Part shown: positions 7,305 to 14,389 of the stretch, one piece after another
How positions within the stretch are numbered: the stretch's first letter is position 1
How the letters are laid out: every line of letters begins with the position of its first letter
Assembly (NCBI GenBank): GCA_017503735.1
Contig: JAFVSN010000005.1
Location: forward strand, 7,628-71,627
Source of the DNA: Lachnospiraceae bacterium
GTDB taxonomy: Bacteria > Bacillota > Clostridia > Lachnospirales > Lachnospiraceae
Length of the DNA stretch: 64,000 nt
Reading direction: 5' to 3'
Program-made: the position numbers and the translations under genes
The notes under the pieces: model-generated
The model's input: the letters and a program-made list of their open reading frames with translations, nothing else
Told to the model about the DNA's origin: nothing
Database searches by the model: none

Positions 7305-9229
7305 AGGAAAACAAACTGGTAGAAGCAATCGGTAATTTGGACGAAAAGTACATAAACGAAGCAGAACAGTACCGGAGAAAAGCAAGAAAAAGACCGGTGG
7401 GATTTATCAGTGTTACGGCAATGGCAGCCTGCTTTTTGCTGGTATGCGGAATTAATCTGGCAAAGCCGGGAAAAAAGGTGGATTCGGTTGTCTGCATCGA
7501 TGTAAATCCAAGTATCGAACTTACGGTAAGTAAGAAGGATAAAGTGCTGGAGGCGGTTGCGTTAAATGAGGACGCGAAAGTGGTTCTGGCGGATATGAAC
7601 CTGAAGGATGTGGATTTAAGTATTGCACTGAATGCCATTATGGGGTCCCTTTACAAGAACGGGTATTTGGATGATGTGTATAATGCGGTAAATGTTTGTG
7701 TAGAGAATGATGATACGGACCGTGCCAGCCGGTTGGGAGAATGGATTTCAAGCGAAATCAGCAGTATATTGGATCAACAGGATATCATCGGTGAAGTAAA
7801 TGCACAGTATTGCTCCAATGATAAGGAGACAAAACAGAAAGCAGCCGATTATGAGATATCCGTGGGAAAATTGATTTTGGCACAGAAGGTAGCCTCCAAT
7901 ATGAACATCTCCCTTGAAGCGGCAAGTCAGTTATCCATTGAAGAGTTATGGGACCTTTTGGATGCGGAGTGCGTTGCCCTTCTTACAAAAGAAGAAGTGT
8001 TGGAGATTGCGGCAAAGGATGCGGGCGTAGAGCTTTCTGCTCTTTCCGATGTCAGTCAGAAAGTACAGGAAACAGCCGGAATTTTTACCTATATCGTTAA
8101 GTTTCATGTGGGTGGGAATAAAGAGTACGAATATAAAATAAATGCAGTGGATGGAACGATAATCACCTGTGAATTTAAATACACATTAAAGGAAGAGAAG
8201 CCGACACCGACCACAAGCCCGACGAAAGCACCGAGCCCGACGGCAGCGCCGGAGCCGACCCAAGCAGCAACGCCGGAACCGACTGTGGCACCGACGGAAG
8301 CCCCGTCCTCGGAAGAAAGAGGAGACGGACCGACGCAATCGGAAACCACGGTAACGCCGGAACCGACCCCGGAGCCGACCCAGGCAGCGACGCCGGAACC
8401 GACCCAGGCAGTAAGTCCTGAGGCAACTCCGGAGCCGACCAAGGCAGTGACGCCGGAAGCAACCACGGAGCCGACTCAGGCAGTGACCCCGGAAGCAACC
8501 CCGGAGCCGACCAAGGCAGTGACCCCGGAAGCAACCCCGGAACCGACTCAGGCGGTCACCCCGGAAGTGACACCGACGAAGGCACCGGAACCGACCAAGG
8601 CACCAAAGCCAACCAAGGAACCGTTGCCGCAACCGGAGAAACCGAAAAAGGAATATACCAAAAAGGAAGCACTTGCGTTAGTATATCAGGAAGCGGGCGT
8701 GGAAGAGAAGGACGCAAAGCTGACGAAACTTGAACATAAGCCGAAGGAGAAGCAGTACCACATTGAGTTTTCGGTGGGCTTGTGTGATTATGTTTATGAT
8801 ATCAGTTCTGTGGACGGCAGCGTAATGAACAAAGAAGTTATTGACCATACCGCATCCGGCGGAACGGGTGCTGCCGTATTGACGGAGGATCAGGCTTTGG
8901 AACTGGCGCTTGCAAAAGCAGGTGTAACCTTTGGAGAACTGACAAAGTGTGATGTGAAGTACAAGGCGAAGAAAGACGGAAAGGAATTTACAATACATTT
9001 CCATGTTAATAAGGACCATTACGAATATATTGTAGATGCGGTTACCGGTGAAATAACGGAAAAGGCAAGTCCGGGTCCGGCTACCCCGGAAAAACCGGTA
9101 CCGCCGCACGAAAAGGCGAAAGAAGACCAAAAGGTAACTCCGGTACCGTCGCATGAAAAAGCGGAAGCAAAACTTCCGGGCGGGAAGGAAGAAACCGGAA
9201 AAGTAACGCCTGTTGGCCCGAAGGGATGA
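7301..9229 (+). CDS. Putative anti-sigma factor: short cytoplasmic N-terminus, one TM helix, three PepSY-like modules and a Pro/Thr-rich linker
   Basis: Translationally coupled to the sigma gene. The TM helix is FISVTAMAACFLLVCGINLA. Three roughly 60-aa repeats resemble the PepSY pattern (A..AGV.......Y.....DG.I). The PT linker spans about aa 300-450. Confidence 0.6.
   Translation: MKENKLVEAIGNLDEKYINEAEQYRRKARKRPVGFISVTAMAACFLLVCGINLAKPGKKVDSVVCIDVNPSIELTVSKKDKVLEAVALNEDAKVVLADMNLKDVDLSIALNAIMGSLYKNGYLDDVYNAVNVCVENDDTDRASRLGEWISSEISSILDQQDIIGEVNAQYCSNDKETKQKAADYEISVGKLILAQKVASNMNISLEAASQLSIEELWDLLDAECVALLTKEEVLEIAAKDAGVELSALSDVSQKVQETAGIFTYIVKFHVGGNKEYEYKINAVDGTIITCEFKYTLKEEKPTPTTSPTKAPSPTAAPEPTQAATPEPTVAPTEAPSSEERGDGPTQSETTVTPEPTPEPTQAATPEPTQAVSPEATPEPTKAVTPEATTEPTQAVTPEATPEPTKAVTPEATPEPTQAVTPEVTPTKAPEPTKAPKPTKEPLPQPEKPKKEYTKKEALALVYQEAGVEEKDAKLTKLEHKPKEKQYHIEFSVGLCDYVYDISSVDGSVMNKEVIDHTASGGTGAAVLTEDQALELALAKAGVTFGELTKCDVKYKAKKDGKEFTIHFHVNKDHYEYIVDAVTGEITEKASPGPATPEKPVPPHEKAKEDQKVTPVPSHEKAEAKLPGGKEETGKVTPVGPKG
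8196..8650 (+). repeat. Coding Pro/Thr-rich low-complexity tract with 36-bp tandem repeats
   Basis: About 4.5 copies of a 36-bp unit encoding AVTPEATPEPT(K/Q) between roughly 8408 and 8580, embedded in a wider PT-rich tract. Confidence 0.85.
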
Positions 9230-9246
9230 GAAAATAAATAAAAGAA

Positions 9247-9283
9247 AAGGAGATTACGAAAAAAACGTAATCTCCTTCTTATT
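9247..9283 (+). terminator. Intrinsic terminator after the first sigma/anti-sigma pair
   Basis: A 12-bp stem, AAGGAGATTACG / CGTAATCTCCTT, with an A7 loop and a T-rich tail. Confidence 0.75.
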
Positions 9284-9358
9284 GTGTGTGATATTTTTGT
9301 TCTTTCATGCGTTCAATCAGTGAAAAGCTTTTCAAAAGAAGAAAAAGAGGTGGTTAGT

Positions 9359-9835
9359 TTGGACACAAAAGAGTACGAGCGGTTGGTGAGTTTGTATCTG
9401 GGCAGTATTTATCGCGTAGCATTAAACGGCTGTACCTGCAGTAGTGATGCAGAGGATGTGGTACAGAACACATTCGTTAAGCTGTGGGAGAGGAAAGAGG
9501 CTTTTCCGGATGACGACTATGCCAGAAAGTGGTTAATTCGGGTAACGGTAAACGAGTGTAAAAGCTTGTGGCGGACGGCGTGGCACCGGAAGACGACATA
9601 TCTGGAAGAGGTAGAACGGGAGCCGGTGTTTTCCACGCCGGAGAAAAGCGATTTGTACTATGCGGTGCGGGAGCTTCCCGTAAAGTACCGGCAGATTGTG
9701 CATTTGTATTATTTCGAAGAGTACAGCGTGAAGGAAATCGCCGAACTGATAAAACTTTCGGAAACAGCGGTTCAAACGAGGCTCCTCAGAGCAAGACAGA
9801 AGCTGAAGGAAAAGCTAAAGGAGGCATGGAAATGA
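9359..9835 (+). CDS. Second ECF-type sigma-70 factor
   Basis: DAEDVVQNTFVKLWE (region 2) and SVKEIAELIKLSETAVQTRLLRARQKLKEKL (region 4). RBS GAGGTGG precedes TTG 9359; the ORF track start at 9284 lies inside the terminator tail. Confidence 0.8.
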   Translation: MDTKEYERLVSLYLGSIYRVALNGCTCSSDAEDVVQNTFVKLWERKEAFPDDDYARKWLIRVTVNECKSLWRTAWHRKTTYLEEVEREPVFSTPEKSDLYYAVRELPVKYRQIVHLYYFEEYSVKEIAELIKLSETAVQTRLLRARQKLKEKLKEAWK

Positions 9836-10464
9836 GCGGAGAAGAATATAACAGAGAATTATTTAAAGAGACCTTTGAGGAAATTCCGATACCGGAGGGA
9901 CTGGCGGAAAAGGTGGGAAGTATCACGGTAGGAAATACAAAGAGACAGCGGACGGTTATGGGAAGTGTGCCGAGAAAAGTGGCGATTGCAGCGGCTATCC
10001 TGGTGGCACTTTTTGCGGGCAGCAACGGAATTGCCTATGCCATGACGGGAGAAACCTGGGTGGAAACGATGATACTTCGGCGCGATATAGACGGAATCGA
10101 ATATGAAATAGAAGCGGAAAAACGTGAACTCAGAAACGGAGAAACCGTATATATCGGTGAAATAGAATTGGAGAACGGAGAGAGACACGGTGCTGTAGAG
10201 TATGATGGTGAAGGACCATATATGTATATAGAATTTAAGGATGAGGGCGCAGCAATATGGTCGAATAACGGGAAAACCTATATCTGGGACGGTGATCTGG
10301 AACTGGATATTTCGGAGGATTTTGCGGACGATGGTGACGCAAAAGGAACCTATGTAGTAAACGGTGTTTTTAAGAGATACTTCATATACAGAAACGAAGA
10401 AGGGGAAATAGTTTCCTCTATCTATACGCCTCCACAGGCACTGTGGCCGGAGAATATGAGGTAG
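9832..10464 (+). CDS. Putative cognate anti-sigma / membrane-anchored protein
   Basis: ATGA overlap with the sigma stop, and RBS AAAGGAGG 7 nt upstream of ATG 9832. One TM helix, VAIAAAILVALFAGSNGIAYA. The extracytoplasmic domain has no family I recognise. Confidence 0.5.
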   Translation: MSGEEYNRELFKETFEEIPIPEGLAEKVGSITVGNTKRQRTVMGSVPRKVAIAAAILVALFAGSNGIAYAMTGETWVETMILRRDIDGIEYEIEAEKRELRNGETVYIGEIELENGERHGAVEYDGEGPYMYIEFKDEGAAIWSNNGKTYIWDGDLELDISEDFADDGDAKGTYVVNGVFKRYFIYRNEEGEIVSSIYTPPQALWPENMR

Positions 10465-10519
10465 TAGTTATATCAAAAAGATTTTTTACATTTATTATCA
10501 CCGGAATTGTGTGTTGAAC

Positions 10520-10695
10520 AATTTTTACCATCTGAAAAGCGTTTTGGTGTAAATGTAATGGTAAAGAAAAATGTGTACTAAAAAATCTTACCATTGGAAA
10601 AGGTCTTTTTACGATTTGGAATGGTAAAAATGCGAGTAAGCATAAATTTTGTACCATTGGGAATGAAGATTTGGTAAGTCCAACGGTAAAACGGA
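10520..10695. repeat. Three tandem 63-bp units, each carrying an internal TACCAT(T)GG / CCAA(T/C)GGTA inverted repeat
   Basis: (T/G)TACCA starts at 10525, 10588 and 10651, an exact 63-bp period. The partner A(T/C)GGTA lies at 10558, 10621 and 10683. Each arm pair is separated by about 27 nt. Confidence 0.8.
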
Positions 10696-10706
10696 TAGGA
10701 ATAATC

Positions 10707-10754
10707 ATGGGGAGGACAATTTCCCAGGCGTGCTGTACATGCTTTAAGCGCTAA
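10707..10754 (+). CDS. Speculative micro-ORF encoding a 15-aa Cys-rich peptide (MGRTISQACCTCFKR)
   Basis: ATG 10707 is preceded by the weak RBS-like TAGGAATAATC. The stop TAA at 10752-10754 lies 6 nt before a strong terminator hairpin. There is no homology evidence. Confidence 0.2.
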   Translation: MGRTISQACCTCFKR

Positions 10755-10760
10755 ACAACG

Positions 10761-10806
10761 AGGGCATCCCTTAGTCTTTTTGACTTTGGGATGCCCTTGT
10801 TTTATT
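10761..10806. terminator. Intrinsic terminator in the convergent gap, usable from either strand
   Basis: A 10-bp GC-rich stem, AGGGCATCCC (10761-10770) / GGGATGCCCT (10788-10797), followed by TGTTTTATT on the + strand. It is also positioned just after the minus-strand PFOR stop. Confidence 0.7.
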
Positions 10807-10836
10807 GCTTAAATTATCTTCACGGAAGAAAGAATC

Positions 10837-13800
10837 TTACATCTCCTCCATTGTTTTATACTTCTGATACCGTACACCGGAATCTTCCTTTGCGGCCTTA
10901 AACAAGCTTTCCGCATGCTCCGGGAAGGTACGCTTTAGGGAAGCATAACGGGTCTCACCCTCAAGGAACTCTTCGTAGTCTAAGGACGGCTCCTTGGAGT
11001 CTACGGTTAACGGCTTTTCTGCGTTCGGATTGTAGCGGTATAAAATCCAGTAGCCTGCGTCAACGGCGCGCTTCATTTCCTGCTGTACATTTGCCATGCC
11101 GGCCTTGATGCCGTGAGCGGCACACGGAGTGTAAGCGATGATAACGGACGGTCCCTTGTGTTCCTCTGCTTCCTTGACTGCCTTGATTAACTGGTTCGGG
11201 TCTGCTCCCATAGCTACCTGAGCCACGTATACATTACCGTAGGTCTGGAAGATAGCACCCAGATCTTTCTTTCTGCTGCGCTTACCTGCGGAAGCGAACT
11301 GCGCTACTGCACCCAGCGGAGTAGCTTTGGAGCTCTGGCCGCCGGTGTTAGAGTAAACTTCGGTATCTACAACAAATACGTTAATGTCTTCTCCGCTGGC
11401 TACCACGTGGTCCAAACCGCCGAAGCCGATGTCGTAAGCCCAACCGTCGCCGCCGAACATCCAGAAGCACTTCTTGGATAACTGGTCCTTACGCTCTAAA
11501 ATCTTAGCCGCGGTAGCGGAATCCATGTTTTCCAGCTCTGCTACCAAAGCATCCGTGGTTTCACGGGATTTATCAAAATCATCAAAGCTGTCTAACCAGT
11601 TCTTTGCGGTTTCACTGCCGGTTTCTGCGGCGTATGCTTCCACTAAGGTCTTTTGCGCCTGACGCTGTTGCTTTACGGATAAGAACATACCCAGAGCAAG
11701 CTCTGCATTGTTCTCAAACAAGCTGTTGGTCCAAGCCGGTCCGAAACCACGCTTGTTGGTAGTGTACGGAATACCCGGCATCGGGGAGCCCCAAGCCTGG
11801 GAACATCCCGTAGCGTTTGCCCAGTATACACGGTCACCGAAGAGCTGGGTTAAAAGCTTTGCATACGGAGTCTCGCCGCAACCTGCACAGGCAGCGGAGA
11901 ACTCCAAGAGCGGCTGACGGAACTGGCTTCCCTTAATGGTGTACGGGGAGAATAAATCACCCTTGTCGGAAACAGAAAGTCCGTAGTTCCATAAGGTATT
12001 CTTTTCTTCGTTTAATTCTACCGGCTTCATAGTGATGGCAGGCTCCTTTGCCGGACAGCAAGCTACACAGCTGCCGCAACCGGTACAGTCGTAAGCGGAA
12101 ATCTGCATGGTAAAATGCAGACCCTTTGCAGCCGGACCGTTTGCCGGGGCAGTAATAAAGCCCTCCGGAGCGTTTGCCTTTTCTTCGTCGTTCAGTAAGT
12201 ACGGACGGATCACAGCGTGCGGACATACAAGAGCACACTTGTTACACTGGATACATTTCTGTGCATCCCAAACCGGTACCTGTAATGCGATACCGCGCTT
12301 TTCATAAGCGGTAAGACCAAGGTCGATGCGGCCGTCTTCGTAGCCCTTAAATGCGCTGACCGGAAGGTCGTCGCCTTTTTGCTTGTTAATCGGCTCCAAA
12401 ATACCGGTAACAACAGCCGGAACGTCAAGGGCAGCGGCTGCTTCGGATACTTCTTCCGCATCCTTCCAGGAAGCCGGAACCTCTACCTTTACAAGCTTCG
12501 TTGCGCCGGCATCAATTGCTGCTACGTTACGAGCTACGACATCGTCTCCCTTTGCAAAGTAGGTCTTCTTGGTAGCGGCCTTAATCATTTCCAGTGCTTC
12601 CTCGGTCGGGATAACTTCCATCAGTGCGAAGAAGGAAGCTTGAAGCACCGTATTGGTATGACTGCCGAGGCCTAATTCCTGAGCAATCTTATTTGCATCA
12701 ATGACATAGAAGTTGATGTTCTTCTCCGCAATCTGGTGGCGCACCTTTGCCGGAATGTGAGAAGTCAGCTCGTCGCCGGTCCAGGAACAGTTAAGAAGGA
12801 AGGTACCGCCTTCTACGATTTCGTCTACAATGTCATACTGGGTAATGTAGCTCTGGTTGTGACATGCTACGAAGTCTGCGCTCTTTACATAGTAGGAGCT
12901 GGTAATCGGCTCATCACTGAAACGTAAGTGGGACTTGGTCACACCGAAGGACTTCTTTGCATCATATTCAAAGTACGCCTGAGCGAACTTGTCGGTATTG
13001 TCGTTAATAATACGAACGGTGTTGTGGTTTGCACCTACGGTACCGTCACCGCCCAGACCCCAGAACTTACAACGAATCACGCCGGCCTTTGCATCAGAGA
13101 ACGGCTTTACCGGTAAGGAAAGATGGGTCACATCATCGTTGATACCGATGGTAAAGTTGGTCTTCGGAGTTGCGGAAGCAAGGTTCTCGAATACAGCTAA
13201 AATCTGTGCAGGGTCGGTATCCTTGGAGCTTAAGCCGTAACGGCCGCCGATGACCTTAATGTTTCTGTCGGAGCTCATCAGTACGCTGCATACATCCTCG
13301 AATAACGGCTCGCCGGCACTGCCCATTGCCTTACAACGGTCAAGCACTGCGATACGCTTCACGCTTTCCGGAAGAGCCTTTAAGAAGTACTCTGCGGAGA
13401 ACGGACGATATAAGTGTACCTGTAAGAAGCCTACCTTCTTGCCTTCTGCGCGAAGGGCATCCACCGCATCGCGGATGACGCCGCTGGCGGAACCCATGGC
13501 GATGATAACATCGGTAGCATCCGGATCGCCGTAGTAGTTAAATACATGGTACTCACGACCGGTAATCTTTGTAATTTCACCGAGATACTTTTCCACGATG
13601 TCCGGAAGGGCATTGTAGAACGTGTTGTGAGCTTCGCGCACCTGGAAGTAAACATCGCCGTTCTGTACGGTGTTACGTAAGGTCGGGTGCTCCGGATTTA
13701 AAGAACCGTCCCGGAATTCTTTTAAAGCGTCCTGATTGATAAGGCTGCCTACCGCATCCATATCCGGAAGCTCGATTTTATTGATTTCGTGGGAGGTACG

Positions 13801-14322
13801 GAAACCGTCAAAGAAGTGCATAAACGGAATCCGGCCTTCGATGGCGGATAAATGTGCCACCGGTGCTAAATCAGCTACTTCCTGGACACTGCCGGAAGAT
13901 AACATGGCAAAACCGGTCTGACGGCAGGCCATCACGTCGGAGTGGTCGCCGAAAATACCCATGGCATGAGTACCAACGGTACGGGATGCTACATGAAGTA
14001 CCGCCGGAAGACGTTCCCCGGCAATTCGGTACAGTACCGGCACCATTAACATGAGTCCCTGAGAGGACGTATATGTAGTAGCCAAAGAACCGGTTTGCAG
14101 TGCACCGTGTACAGCGGTAATCGCACCTGCTTCGGACTGCATTTCGGTTAAGGTTACGGTCTGGCCGAAGACGTTTTTACGTCCCTTTGCAGACCAGGCA
14201 TCGGTCAGTCCTGCCATCGGGGAGGACGGAGTGATCGGATAAATTGCGGCTATCTCGGTAAAGGGATAGGCCATATGTGCGGCAGCTTCGTTGCCGTCCA
14301 TGGTAACAAAATTCTTAGCCAT
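10837..14322 (-). CDS. nifJ: Pyruvate:ferredoxin (flavodoxin) oxidoreductase, single-polypeptide NifJ type
   Basis: About 1161 aa. N-terminus MAKNFVTMDGNEAAAHMAYPFTEIAAIYPITPSSPM. Two 4Fe-4S ferredoxin motifs (CIQCNKCALVCPH, CTGCGSCVACCP). TPP-binding GGDGWAYDIG. RBS AAGAGGT before ATG 14322; the ORF track extension to 14415 overlaps the upstream gene. Confidence 0.92.
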   Translation of the reverse strand: MAKNFVTMDGNEAAAHMAYPFTEIAAIYPITPSSPMAGLTDAWSAKGRKNVFGQTVTLTEMQSEAGAITAVHGALQTGSLATTYTSSQGLMLMVPVLYRIAGERLPAVLHVASRTVGTHAMGIFGDHSDVMACRQTGFAMLSSGSVQEVADLAPVAHLSAIEGRIPFMHFFDGFRTSHEINKIELPDMDAVGSLINQDALKEFRDGSLNPEHPTLRNTVQNGDVYFQVREAHNTFYNALPDIVEKYLGEITKITGREYHVFNYYGDPDATDVIIAMGSASGVIRDAVDALRAEGKKVGFLQVHLYRPFSAEYFLKALPESVKRIAVLDRCKAMGSAGEPLFEDVCSVLMSSDRNIKVIGGRYGLSSKDTDPAQILAVFENLASATPKTNFTIGINDDVTHLSLPVKPFSDAKAGVIRCKFWGLGGDGTVGANHNTVRIINDNTDKFAQAYFEYDAKKSFGVTKSHLRFSDEPITSSYYVKSADFVACHNQSYITQYDIVDEIVEGGTFLLNCSWTGDELTSHIPAKVRHQIAEKNINFYVIDANKIAQELGLGSHTNTVLQASFFALMEVIPTEEALEMIKAATKKTYFAKGDDVVARNVAAIDAGATKLVKVEVPASWKDAEEVSEAAAALDVPAVVTGILEPINKQKGDDLPVSAFKGYEDGRIDLGLTAYEKRGIALQVPVWDAQKCIQCNKCALVCPHAVIRPYLLNDEEKANAPEGFITAPANGPAAKGLHFTMQISAYDCTGCGSCVACCPAKEPAITMKPVELNEEKNTLWNYGLSVSDKGDLFSPYTIKGSQFRQPLLEFSAACAGCGETPYAKLLTQLFGDRVYWANATGCSQAWGSPMPGIPYTTNKRGFGPAWTNSLFENNAELALGMFLSVKQQRQAQKTLVEAYAAETGSETAKNWLDSFDDFDKSRETTDALVAELENMDSATAAKILERKDQLSKKCFWMFGGDGWAYDIGFGGLDHVVASGEDINVFVVDTEVYSNTGGQSSKATPLGAVAQFASAGKRSRKKDLGAIFQTYGNVYVAQVAMGADPNQLIKAVKEAEEHKGPSVIIAYTPCAAHGIKAGMANVQQEMKRAVDAGYWILYRYNPNAEKPLTVDSKEPSLDYEEFLEGETRYASLKRTFPEHAESLFKAAKEDSGVRYQKYKTMEEM

Positions 14323-14389
14323 TTTAAATACCTCTTTTATTTGTTGTAGTCGGATTTGACGAAGAGCCGGTGGCCCGGACATCTTCTTT

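Noticed and set aside
8104-8632. Three long antisense ORFs (119-148 aa) rich in Gly/Ser/Arg/Leu, opposite the anti-sigma gene
   Set aside because: They lie entirely within the PT-rich 36-bp repeat tract. Stop-free antisense frames are a by-product of the repetitive GC-rich codons, and they have no RBS.
9568-9831. A long upstream extension of the second anti-sigma ORF inside the sigma gene, in another frame
   Set aside because: RBS AAAGGAGG and the ATGA stop/start overlap at 9832 are the typical coupled arrangement. The extension has Arg/Gly-rich out-of-frame composition.
10418-10708. A 96-aa minus-strand ORF across the convergent gap, with recurring FPMV/FQMV peptides
   Set aside because: The peptide periodicity simply mirrors the 63-bp DNA repeat. 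The ORF overlaps the 3' end of the + strand gene and has no RBS. I treat the DNA or RNA repeat as the real feature.
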